Positions 15,980 through 25,581 of a stretch of 28,241 nt of DNA are shown piece by piece. The stretch lies in the IMG/VR virus record IMGVR_UViG_3300027849_000048, positions 1 through 28,241 of that record, one strand, 5' to 3'. Each line of letters opens with the position of its first letter. The stretch's first letter is position 1. This stretch comes from a virus. Lineage: Duplodnaviria > Caudoviricetes. A program made the position numbers and the translations under genes. The notes beneath the pieces are model-generated. The model was not told the DNA's origin, made no database searches, and saw only the letters and a program-made list of their open reading frames with translations.

Positions 15980-17206
15980 ATGGGTTTAATAACTGAAACT
16001 AATCAACAATATTACCAAGGAGCCCAGGGTTTTAGAGGGGACGGCGTTTTGCTTTCTTTTCCTACAACATTTGATACTAACTTAATACTAGGTAATTGGA
16101 ATCCAAATGATGTAAATTATGCTTTAAATAACTTTAAATTATATACAAGCACTTCTGGTTTACCTGGAGGATACGTTGAATATACGACGGCATTTACTGT
16201 TGTAAATAACGCAATTGTGTTTCCAGCTGGTCTAGAACCTGCTATTGGTTTATATATAGTAGTTCAATTAAAACTACTAAGCGGGGGTAAATATGGGTCT
16301 ACAGAGGCTGAAAAAGCATATGGAGAAGTAGTTGAAGATAATTATGGAAGCTATGAGTACATAAAACTAAGTGATGCGGTTGATAACTTTATGGTTGGAT
16401 ACGTAGGAGATGGTAAAATATTACAGAACACTAAAAAATCAGATGTGTTATTTTTTGCTAAAAGAAGTTTACAAGAATTCAGCTACGACACGTTGAAGAG
16501 TGTTCATTCCCAGGAATTAAATATACCAGCAAGCTTAAGTGTTATACTACCTCAAGACTATGTAAACTACGTGAGAGTATCTTTCATAGATCAACTAGGA
16601 GTTAAAAGAATTATATATCCAGCAAATAATCTTACAATAAGTCCTTACGAAACACCTATACAAGATCAAGTAGGTGTGCCAACACAGGATAACTTTGGTG
16701 AAAACATCGAAGGAACTTCCCTGACAGAGGAAAGATGGAAAAGAGCTAATGATAATTTGTTAAACGGCCAGTTTGCTAATAACATAGATCAAGCGGTTGA
16801 TTTTCAAAATGCTTATGGATTTGAAGGTAGCTGGAACTGGGGAAGACAATATGGTCTTGATCCGCAACTAGCACAGTCAAACGGGTGGTTTAATATGAAC
16901 GAGCGTGAAGGTAAAATGTCTTTTTCTAGTAATCTGGTTGGAAAGCTTATTGTACTAGAATACATCTCTGATGGTCTAGCACATGACGTAGACACTAAAG
17001 TTCCTAAGCTAGCTGAAGATGCTCTATATGCATCTATATTACATTCTATAGTATCTACGAGATCAGGTCAACAAGAGTATTTAGTTCAAAGACTACAAAA
17101 AGACAGAAGAGCTAAATTAAGAAATGCAAAAATAAGGTTATCTAACATTAAGCTCGATGAGATAGTTCAAGTAATGAGAGGTAAATCAAAATGGATTAAA
17201 CACTAA
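15980..17206 (+). CDS. Putative tail tubular/ring protein
   Basis: LPQDYVNYVRVS, IVLEYISDG and VPKLAEDALYASI resemble adaptor-type (P22 gp4/T7 gp11-like) proteins, with an extra N-terminal beta domain. Confidence 0.55.
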   Translation: MGLITETNQQYYQGAQGFRGDGVLLSFPTTFDTNLILGNWNPNDVNYALNNFKLYTSTSGLPGGYVEYTTAFTVVNNAIVFPAGLEPAIGLYIVVQLKLLSGGKYGSTEAEKAYGEVVEDNYGSYEYIKLSDAVDNFMVGYVGDGKILQNTKKSDVLFFAKRSLQEFSYDTLKSVHSQELNIPASLSVILPQDYVNYVRVSFIDQLGVKRIIYPANNLTISPYETPIQDQVGVPTQDNFGENIEGTSLTEERWKRANDNLLNGQFANNIDQAVDFQNAYGFEGSWNWGRQYGLDPQLAQSNGWFNMNEREGKMSFSSNLVGKLIVLEYISDGLAHDVDTKVPKLAEDALYASILHSIVSTRSGQQEYLVQRLQKDRRAKLRNAKIRLSNIKLDEIVQVMRGKSKWIKH

Positions 17207-17212
17207 AATTAA

Positions 17213-20200
17213 ATGGCTAAAGCTATAAATACTTTTTTAAAGTCTAAGATGAATAAAGACTTAGATGCCCGTTTAATACCAAGCGGAGAATATAGAGATG
17301 CTTACAACTTGCAGGTTAGCAAATCAGAAGGTGACGGTGTTGGTACTGTTGAAAACGTTTTAGGTAATTACTCTGTTTTCGACTTTGAAGCTATAACAGG
17401 GGTTAATAATCTATATTGTATAGGTCACCTAGAAGATGATAATTCTAACACTGTTTTTTTATTTTTAACAGACAATCCAGACCCAAGTAACCCTAATAAA
17501 GATTACTATCCTACGGGAGTTGGTTCTAATCATTTTATTTTTGCATGTAATCCTAATGCCTCTGCACCTGTTTGCTTGGTTAAAGGGGCTTTTTTAAATT
17601 TTTCTAAAAAAAATCCAATATATGGAGTAAATCTTTTAGAAACGTTATTGTTTTGGACTGACAATAGAAATCAACCTAGAAAAATAAACATAGAACTAGC
17701 GAATCCAACAGGGTTTTTTACAAATGCAACTTATTATACTTTTGAGGATCAAATATCTGTAGCAAAATACAATCCATATTCTTGCATAGAGCTTTATTCA
17801 AAAAGCTATTTATCTAGTACTACTGGTGAATATGAAACTACTATGTATGACGTAAGTTCTTTGTACTATCCAAACGGAGGTGCTGGAAACGTGTTGACTA
17901 GAATTAGTAATACTGTTGTAAGAGTAACATCTTTCAAAGGTGACATACAAGAAAGCGGATCTATTTATGGTCCTGGAGCATTGATTTCGGTTCTAGGTAA
18001 TCCTGCTTTTGGAGGTGGACTAACGCCAGTTACCGGAGCTACAGTTCAGTCAGCTACATATAACGATACAACTACACCCTTAATTCCATTTTGGGAAATA
18101 ACAATAACAGGAGGAATATTGCCAACGCTTAACACTAGTGAAAAAATAGTATTAAATCCAAATCCTTATTATGATGTTAATTTCTCAGGAGATCCAGACT
18201 TTTTAGAAGACAAATTTGTTAGATTTTCTTATAGATTTAGGTTTGATGATAATGAGTATTCTTTATTTGCTCCTTTTACTCAAATCGCATTTATTCCAAA
18301 GCAAGATGGATATTTTATGTATGTAAAAGAAAACACTCTTAACCTGCAAGAGCTAGATAATCAAGCTGACGCTTATAGAAGTACAGTTGTTTATTTTGTA
18401 GAAAACAAACTAGATGAAATAAAGCTTAGAATACCCTTACCATTTCTAAACTATAACTTAGAGGATAGTTTAAAAATAAAAGAAATAGATATATTATATA
18501 AAGAATCAGATGCTATTGCCGTTAAAGTTATAGAGACTGTCACTATAAACAACATTGAACAATCCGCAGGTACTTTTACTGTAAACGGTGTCGTGAACAA
18601 TTCAGTAGGGCCTTTTAGTATTGACAACATAAAAGGAGGAATAACTGTAGGTGGTTTAGTCACTGGATTTGGTATAGTAGGTAAGCCTAAAATAACCGTG
18701 TTTGATCCAACAGACGCAAACAATCCATCGTCTGGAGGACAAATAACATTAGATTTACCTCAAACACTAGTAGACGATGTTGTTTTAAACGTGGGTGATC
18801 CTGATTATTATGTTTATGATTATTTATCTAAAAAACCTTTTAAAACTTTATTAGAAAAAGATTTAACTAGAGTTTATGATAAAATTCCAGTAAGATCTCT
18901 TTCTCAAGAAATCGCCGGCAATAGAGTTATATATGCCAATTATCAAGACAAGCACACCCCACCAAATTCTTTAAATTACAATATATCTGTTTCTAATAAA
19001 GCAGATTTTGATTTAAAAAAAGAAGAAGGAACAATTATTGGAGGACCATACAATGGCACCACTATAGAGATACAAAAAGGTTCTATACCTCCAAGTGTTG
19101 GAGATTTTATATCTATAGTTGTAGGTACCGGTAGCATTCCAGAAGAGACAGAGGTAGTCTCTGTAACAGAAAACCCACTTAATCCTGGTAATTACGTAGT
19201 TGTGTTAACTAATGCAGTTACTAATCTAGTCGCATCTAATATAGTTTTATTTGAACCCGGCTCGGACACGACCCAAACGACTAGCGTTATAGAATACCCA
19301 AATAGCTCTTTAAAACAAAACAGAAACTACCAAGTAGGAATTGTTTTGTCTGATAAGTTTGGTAGAACGTCGACTGTTATTTTATCTAACAATAAAGAAA
19401 TTGTAAGATTTTTGAGTTCTAATGGGAGTTCGCAATCATTTTCTGGTTCAACCGTATACTCTCCTTATTCTGATATTTCACAAACGCCATCAAATTGGCC
19501 AGGCGATTCTTTAAAAATAATCTTCAATGAAGCAATATCGTCCACTATAAATCTAAATACAGGTACTCCAGGTTTGTACAATGGAAATATAGCTAGCTTA
19601 GATTACAATCCGCTAGGATGGTACTCTTTTAAGGTAGTTGTTAAACAAACCGAACAAGAGTATTACAACGTCTATTTACCTGGTATAATGGCTTCATATC
19701 CAGAAGATACTACTTTAGAGATAGGCAACACTTCTCATACTGTACTTATAAACGATAACATAAACAAAGTGCCTAGGGATTTGTCTCAGGTTGGTCCTCA
19801 GCAAAAGCAGTTTAGAAGTTCTGTGCAGCTTTATGGTAGAGTTCAAAACACTAATATAGAAATAGATCCAACAACGGACTCGGGTAGTTCAAACGAGCAG
19901 TATTACCCCGGAAGATCTTCAGACACTGTTTCAACTATATCTACTCTAAATGATTTATTTGAGTATAATCCTTCTGAACCCCCAAGGCCTAACTATTTCC
20001 CTCAATTCTATTCTATTGAATCAAACCCTTTGATAGCTAGAATAAGCACGGAATCTAAGATAGGTCAAATATCAACAACAAACTTTGACACCGTAACTGC
20101 TAACATAGCTGAATCTGCTACAACTGATACTTTTAGGTTAGTAGACATTGCAGGTGATACATCTACTATTATTCCTGGAGATATAGTTTTATCTAATAAT

Positions 20201-22096
20201 TTTCCAAAAGACTTAAAAGTTGTTCAGTTTTTAAACGGAGCATCTGCTGGATCGGCTCAAGTAACAACTGGAACACCTTCAGGTGGAGATGTTTCTTTTA
20301 TTGTAGACGCTATACCAACTGGAGGTGCTGGAAACGGAACTTTAGTTACTGCAAATGGTATTCCAGCTGGAACAGCTATAACAAACATAACTGGAACAGC
20401 ACCAAGTGTAACCTTGACGGTTAGTAATATTGTTAATGTATCAAGTGGAACAAATATAACCTATACTACGGCTCCTACTTTACAAGTTGATACTCCTCAA
20501 ACAGTAACTTTAGATCAAACAATAACTATAATACCTGATTCTACGCCTGGGATTCAGTATTTAGCTGTTTACGAGACTAAACCTGTTGAAAGTTTATTAG
20601 ATATATTTTGGGAAACATCAACCTCTGGTTTAATATCCGACTTAAATAACGCGATTATAAATGAAGGTTCTGCTGGAGCTACTTTAACTCAATTTAACCA
20701 AACTCCTTTTACAGAAGGATTAGCTTTGGGTGGAAATGTATTATCAACCTTCTTTTATGTGTTAGATAATTTTGGTAGTATAGTCCCTTTTGCTGATATT
20801 ACAACGCCTCTAGAATTAGTAGAGGTTAGAGACAACATACAAGATATAACCAATTTGAGCTATTTCACTTTAGTACAAACGTCTAATCAAAATGAGTTTC
20901 AAATAATAACAACAGCGGCTTACTATAATGACATATATTTTGGTGAAAATAATAGCTCTAGCCCTCCTAATTCACGTTCTTTTTCATTAAAATTTACAGC
21001 AGTTGTAAATGGTCAAAACTTACAAGTCACTAGAAATTTAATATTAGCTAACGTAGCACCAACAATAAAACTGCCATCAGACGGTACAACTTTCAATATA
21101 ACGAATGACACTGTAAACATAACCACTATTGATTGTGTGAATGGAGCAAATAATGTAAATTTAGCTTCATTATTTTCAAACGGCAGCTGCACAATAACAT
21201 CTCAAACAAACTTACAAGGTGATGATGTAAATTATTTTGACATATTAGATACGCCAACAATAGTTGGTGGTGAAGCTAAGTTTCAACTAATAAATACTCA
21301 ACCTGGTGACGTTCCTGTAGATAGATATGAATTAACTATATGCGTTCAAGACGCTGGTGGTCAAAATGATCAAGACTGCATAAATATAGTTATTGATTTT
21401 GGAGCTTTAGTTAAAAATGTAAAACAGTTTTCGTATTTTAGGAAATTCAGAAGGAAACGAGCTCCAACTGGTGGCGCTAATAATGCAGGCGGAGATGACA
21501 CGTGGTATCAAACTATAACAGTTTTTGAAGTATACGGCGGTGCTAGTAGCGCGGCTTGGGGTTGGTATTTGTATAATGGCCCCTGGTCTAACGAAAGTAG
21601 TCTAGAGAGTTTAACAACTTTAAATTTTAGCACAGAGTTTGGTATAGATAATCCTCCAAACAGATTCATCTCTCAATATCCTATTGGATATGGTGGGTAT
21701 GCACCAACACAAACAATGCTTGGACCAATACAACCACCTTTAACAAGCTCGCTTGGAGGAAGTGGTTTTATAACTATAGATTTTGCAACTGTAAACACTT
21801 TACCTTTATGCGAAAACTTAAGATTTTCTAATGTTTCAGAACAAGCAGTTATGGATCTTTGGACGGCTACTTGTGAATCGTATGGTTATTTTGCAATACT
21901 TTATCCAGCTACAACTCCACCTCAAATTGGTAATTACGCAATAACAGACACTGGTAATAACGCTGCTCCAAGCTCCGGTTCATTTGGTTGGCGTATTGGC
22001 GCCTATCCTTCACCAACACCTGTTACAGTTGCTACGTTTGATATAGACGAAAACAATTATGATGTAGACGGTATAGCATGGCAGGTTAATGTGTAA
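17213..22096 (+). CDS. Large tail stabilisation/nozzle-like protein, N-terminal part, with inserted beta modules and cadherin-like domain
   Basis: N-terminal KMNKDLDARLIPSGEYRDAYN, LLFWTDNRNQPRKIN, RFSYRFRFDDNEYS, QEIAGNRVIYANY and SLKQNRNYQVGIVLSDKFGR recall stabilisation proteins of Bacteroidota podoviruses. Confidence 0.65.
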   Translation: MAKAINTFLKSKMNKDLDARLIPSGEYRDAYNLQVSKSEGDGVGTVENVLGNYSVFDFEAITGVNNLYCIGHLEDDNSNTVFLFLTDNPDPSNPNKDYYPTGVGSNHFIFACNPNASAPVCLVKGAFLNFSKKNPIYGVNLLETLLFWTDNRNQPRKINIELANPTGFFTNATYYTFEDQISVAKYNPYSCIELYSKSYLSSTTGEYETTMYDVSSLYYPNGGAGNVLTRISNTVVRVTSFKGDIQESGSIYGPGALISVLGNPAFGGGLTPVTGATVQSATYNDTTTPLIPFWEITITGGILPTLNTSEKIVLNPNPYYDVNFSGDPDFLEDKFVRFSYRFRFDDNEYSLFAPFTQIAFIPKQDGYFMYVKENTLNLQELDNQADAYRSTVVYFVENKLDEIKLRIPLPFLNYNLEDSLKIKEIDILYKESDAIAVKVIETVTINNIEQSAGTFTVNGVVNNSVGPFSIDNIKGGITVGGLVTGFGIVGKPKITVFDPTDANNPSSGGQITLDLPQTLVDDVVLNVGDPDYYVYDYLSKKPFKTLLEKDLTRVYDKIPVRSLSQEIAGNRVIYANYQDKHTPPNSLNYNISVSNKADFDLKKEEGTIIGGPYNGTTIEIQKGSIPPSVGDFISIVVGTGSIPEETEVVSVTENPLNPGNYVVVLTNAVTNLVASNIVLFEPGSDTTQTTSVIEYPNSSLKQNRNYQVGIVLSDKFGRTSTVILSNNKEIVRFLSSNGSSQSFSGSTVYSPYSDISQTPSNWPGDSLKIIFNEAISSTINLNTGTPGLYNGNIASLDYNPLGWYSFKVVVKQTEQEYYNVYLPGIMASYPEDTTLEIGNTSHTVLINDNINKVPRDLSQVGPQQKQFRSSVQLYGRVQNTNIEIDPTTDSGSSNEQYYPGRSSDTVSTISTLNDLFEYNPSEPPRPNYFPQFYSIESNPLIARISTESKIGQISTTNFDTVTANIAESATTDTFRLVDIAGDTSTIIPGDIVLSNNFPKDLKVVQFLNGASAGSAQVTTGTPSGGDVSFIVDAIPTGGAGNGTLVTANGIPAGTAITNITGTAPSVTLTVSNIVNVSSGTNITYTTAPTLQVDTPQTVTLDQTITIIPDSTPGIQYLAVYETKPVESLLDIFWETSTSGLISDLNNAIINEGSAGATLTQFNQTPFTEGLALGGNVLSTFFYVLDNFGSIVPFADITTPLELVEVRDNIQDITNLSYFTLVQTSNQNEFQIITTAAYYNDIYFGENNSSSPPNSRSFSLKFTAVVNGQNLQVTRNLILANVAPTIKLPSDGTTFNITNDTVNITTIDCVNGANNVNLASLFSNGSCTITSQTNLQGDDVNYFDILDTPTIVGGEAKFQLINTQPGDVPVDRYELTICVQDAGGQNDQDCINIVIDFGALVKNVKQFSYFRKFRRKRAPTGGANNAGGDDTWYQTITVFEVYGGASSAAWGWYLYNGPWSNESSLESLTTLNFSTEFGIDNPPNRFISQYPIGYGGYAPTQTMLGPIQPPLTSSLGGSGFITIDFATVNTLPLCENLRFSNVSEQAVMDLWTATCESYGYFAILYPATTPPQIGNYAITDTGNNAAPSSGSFGWRIGAYPSPTPVTVATFDIDENNYDVDGIAWQVNV

Positions 22097-22105
22097 TTTA
22101 AGTTA

Positions 22106-22125
22106 AAAATAAGTAATACTATATA
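22106..22125 (+). promoter_or_regulatory. Putative phage promoter motif, copy 4
   Basis: AAAAATAAGTAATACTATATA just before the ATG at 22127. Confidence 0.5.
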
Positions 22126-22126
22126 A

Positions 22127-23812
22127 ATGGCAGCAATAATAGAAGTTAAATATTTCAATTCATTTTTTTTAAATAAAACTAATTCTTCTAAGGAACCTAT
22201 TTGGAACGGATCTAGAGGTATACCAGAAGATATAGGAGGTTACCCTGTTGTTGCTGTTACAAACGACGCTCAAGATTGGGTTGTAGAAGAATCTAGAATT
22301 AGAGGTGGTTTTAATAATACATCTACGGATTATGGAGCTAAAGCGTATTTAGTAGAAGATCAAACCTCCGCGTCGTTTAGAGTTAACTCAATGATATATT
22401 CTGGGATATTTAATTCTAGAACTGGAATAAACAACTCTAACGTTTTCTCTATAGCGGAAGACATAACAAAAAGTGCAGATCCTTCCAACGGTTCCATACA
22501 AAGGCTTTATGCGGAGGATTCTAATTTAGTTGTTTTTCAAGAACAAAAAGTATCAAGGGCGTTGATAGATAAAGATGCAATATACTCCGCGGAAGGCGGT
22601 GGAAGTGTAACCTCTAGTAATTTAGTTATAGGTGTTATACAGCCTTATGCGGGAGAATATGGTATAAGTAAAAACCCAGAAAGTTTTGCTGTTTATGGTT
22701 ATCGGAAATACTTTTCAGACAAAAACAATAATGCTATTCTTAGATTAAGCAAAGACGGTATCACTGAAATATCGTCTTATGGAATGAAAGACTTTTTTAG
22801 AGATGAGTTAAATAAAATAGACACAGCTAGTTCTAGCGGGTTTATACAAGGCGGTTATAACGTACACAACTCAGAATATGTTGTTTCTTTGCAAAGAGAC
22901 CCAATATCTCAACCCGCGTTATTACCGTATTATACGTCGTCTTTTGATGAAAAATCTGGTGGTTGGCCTTCTTTTTATAGTTATAAACCAGAACAAATAT
23001 TTAGCATTCAAAACGATTTTTATACAGTATATAAAGGTAAGTTGTATAAACATTATGTTGAAGTAACACCAGCCGGAAGTGTTGTTAAGAGAAGTAATTT
23101 TTATGGAGTTCAATATCCTAGTACAATATCTTTTGTTGTAAATTCTAGCCCTACTATATCTAAGAGTTTCCAAACCATAGGCTACGAAGGAACCAGCGGT
23201 TGGCAAGTTTCTAATTATAAATCTGATTCAACTGGAGAAATAAGCTTAAACAATGGTTGGGTTAATAATTTTGATTCTACAACAGGTATTAGCAGTTACC
23301 ACGAAGGTGAGTATGTTATATCTGAATCAACAGGTACAACAGCACAAGCATCTGCTACAACAAGTATAAATCTAAACGATGTTACTGGTTTAATACCGGT
23401 GGGTGCATTAGTGAGTGGGTTAGGTGTCCCAACAAACACCACGGTTGTTAGCTATAACGTAGCTACAGCAGTTTTAGTTGTCAGTCAAAATGTAAATGTA
23501 TCTCAATTTGTTTTATTAAATTTTTATTTAGTAGCTGATAGAGCTTTGTATAGCGCGGCTTTCAACACTAACAATCCGCCATTATCTAAATATTACGCTG
23601 GGTTTAATTTAAAAGAAAATAAATACGTAGCCAATCTGCGAAATGGTAGTAAACCTCCAAGTCCCAAAGAAATTAATTTTGGAGGGCAAATCAGTGGAAT
23701 AAAGGGATTTTATGCCAATGTAAAATTATCAACAGATAATACAACAAATCCTGGCGGTGAAAAACAACTGTTTAGTGCCAGCACAACCTACACACAGAAC
23801 AATGGATATTAA
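22127..23812 (+). CDS. Tail stabilisation/nozzle-like protein, C-terminal part (beta-propeller-like)
   Basis: GSIQRLYAEDSNLVVFQEQKV, YGISKNPESFAVYG..YFSDK, RLSKDGITEISSYGMKDFF and GWPSFYSYKPE fit a P22 gp10/T7 gp12-type propeller pattern. Confidence 0.65.
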   Translation: MAAIIEVKYFNSFFLNKTNSSKEPIWNGSRGIPEDIGGYPVVAVTNDAQDWVVEESRIRGGFNNTSTDYGAKAYLVEDQTSASFRVNSMIYSGIFNSRTGINNSNVFSIAEDITKSADPSNGSIQRLYAEDSNLVVFQEQKVSRALIDKDAIYSAEGGGSVTSSNLVIGVIQPYAGEYGISKNPESFAVYGYRKYFSDKNNNAILRLSKDGITEISSYGMKDFFRDELNKIDTASSSGFIQGGYNVHNSEYVVSLQRDPISQPALLPYYTSSFDEKSGGWPSFYSYKPEQIFSIQNDFYTVYKGKLYKHYVEVTPAGSVVKRSNFYGVQYPSTISFVVNSSPTISKSFQTIGYEGTSGWQVSNYKSDSTGEISLNNGWVNNFDSTTGISSYHEGEYVISESTGTTAQASATTSINLNDVTGLIPVGALVSGLGVPTNTTVVSYNVATAVLVVSQNVNVSQFVLLNFYLVADRALYSAAFNTNNPPLSKYYAGFNLKENKYVANLRNGSKPPSPKEINFGGQISGIKGFYANVKLSTDNTTNPGGEKQLFSASTTYTQNNGY

Positions 23813-23824
23813 AAATAAAAAAAC

Positions 23825-24463
23825 ATGATAGGAGCAATAATAGGAGGCGTAGCGTCTATAGCTGGCGGACTTTTTGGCGCTAGTGCAGCTAGAAAAAGAG
23901 AAAGAGCTGCGGCTAGAGAAAGAGCAAGGCTTCAAGGTAAATTGAATAGCCTAGAAGCTAATAGACAAGAAATAATAAATCCATTTCAAGACATGAGCGC
24001 TATGATAAGTAATCCTTTTGCAAACTTATCGGTAGCTACAGGCGCTGCTGAAATAAAAATAGAAGAAGCCGATATATCTTTAGCTAATACTTTAGATACG
24101 TTAAGAGCAACTGGAGCAAGCGCAGGTGGCGCCACCGCTTTAGCAAACGCAGCTTTAAGATCTAAGAAAGGCGTTGCAGCAAGCATTGAAATGCAAGAAA
24201 AACAAAATGAAGATAAGCGAGCAGCTGGAGAAAAACAAAAACAAGATGCTTTAATGCAAGAAGGTCAAAGAGTTCAACAAGGGGAAGCTTGGGAGTTTGG
24301 TCAAAGAGAAAGCAGAGAAATGCAACAACTAGATAGAACAGCCTCTATGCTTGGAGCATCTAGGCAAGCAGAAGCGCAAGCTGCGTCAGACAAAACAGGC
24401 GCGATTACTGGAATGTTTGGATCATTAGCTGGAATAGCTGGTGGAATGGCTGGGGGTCAATAA
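23825..24463 (+). CDS. Putative DNA ejection / internal virion protein
   Basis: Gly/Ala-rich hydrophobic termini (IGAIIGGVASIAGGLFG; GMFGSLAGIAGG) around an Ala/Gln coiled coil, located right after the nozzle gene as in podoviruses. Confidence 0.65.
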   Translation: MIGAIIGGVASIAGGLFGASAARKRERAAARERARLQGKLNSLEANRQEIINPFQDMSAMISNPFANLSVATGAAEIKIEEADISLANTLDTLRATGASAGGATALANAALRSKKGVAASIEMQEKQNEDKRAAGEKQKQDALMQEGQRVQQGEAWEFGQRESREMQQLDRTASMLGASRQAEAQAASDKTGAITGMFGSLAGIAGGMAGGQ

Positions 24464-24475
24464 CAAAAATTAAAA

Positions 24476-25576
24476 ATGGAAAACAAAAACTTATTTCAAA
24501 ATCTTTATTTAAAGCAATTTAATGAAAGTAACGCTATTGCATATAATGAAAGATTTGTGTCTGGCTCAAGCGATTACAATTTTCAGCTGTTAGATAACGC
24601 TTATAGAAATGCTGGTAGAACATATGCTAAATTAAAAATAGCCATAGAAACAAATAATTGTATATCAGAAGATTGTGCTTTAGAATTAACAGGAATAAAA
24701 AACTTAGAAGAATCTCCACAAGCTTCTTTAGATTTTTTATCCTCACTTATAGCGGAGCTTAGTGTTACGGAAGAATCTAGTTTTGATCCTAACAATAATT
24801 ACAAATACACGGCTGCTAATAGTTTAATGAATGCTAGACCTGGGTTTTCTAAAACTGATGGATATCAAGCTTATTTAGATTTACTACCTGATGGCTCTCA
24901 GCAGGTAGTTTTTTTAGGACCTGCTTTTGAAACACCGTTAGTTATTAACAACGCTGCTTTAAACGCTTTGCTTAGATCAGATACATCTTTAGTTGTGTCA
25001 ACTCCAGATATAAATAAAGACATGCTTAGATTATTAACTGAAGTTGGTTTATTTTCGCCAGATATGATTGGAGAAAATAAAGAATTAACAGCGTCGGCTA
25101 AAATAACTGAAGAATATGTAATGATGAATCCAGACGGTTCTTTTGATTATGAAATTATAGACTTGGGCGACGGCAAGGGTAGAAATGTACTTAAGTATGA
25201 CCTAAAGAAAATAGAAAAGAAAGTAACTCCATTCATAAACGCTGAGGTTGCTGGTTTAATGAGCTCTGAGCAAGACGTAATTGCAGCTTGGAATGTTTAT
25301 ATATCTAAAGACACAAGTGTTGAAGAGGACGCTCAGATGGCTCAGAATGCTAACGCTGGAGCATCAAGCTGGATCTATGAATTAGACCTACCATTACAAC
25401 AAGACAAAAAAGTTTTATTTGAAATAAAATACAAAGAATACTTTATGAATAATTATCTAAAACAATTTACAACTAACCAATCACCGACGGTTAAGGAAGA
25501 TGCAGCAGTGTTTGATTTAGCGGAAGCTAAAAAAGCAAAGGCTCAGAAATTTTTAGATGATAACGACTTAAATTAA
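24476..25576 (+). CDS. Hypothetical acidic protein, probable internal virion protein
   Basis: 366 aa between two ejection-type genes; called from position. Confidence 0.6.
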   Translation: MENKNLFQNLYLKQFNESNAIAYNERFVSGSSDYNFQLLDNAYRNAGRTYAKLKIAIETNNCISEDCALELTGIKNLEESPQASLDFLSSLIAELSVTEESSFDPNNNYKYTAANSLMNARPGFSKTDGYQAYLDLLPDGSQQVVFLGPAFETPLVINNAALNALLRSDTSLVVSTPDINKDMLRLLTEVGLFSPDMIGENKELTASAKITEEYVMMNPDGSFDYEIIDLGDGKGRNVLKYDLKKIEKKVTPFINAEVAGLMSSEQDVIAAWNVYISKDTSVEEDAQMAQNANAGASSWIYELDLPLQQDKKVLFEIKYKEYFMNNYLKQFTTNQSPTVKEDAAVFDLAEAKKAKAQKFLDDNDLN

Positions 25577-25581
25577 ATTAA

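Noticed and set aside
22034-22072. TFDID/YDVDG resembling the DFDID catalytic motif of crAss-like virion RNA polymerase
   Set aside because: It lacks the first Asp, lies at the extreme C-terminus of a beta-rich tail protein, and has no RNAP context.
22878-23066. Alternative-frame + strand ORF of 62 aa within the 561-aa gene
   Set aside because: It is short, has no features and shows no compositional anomaly.
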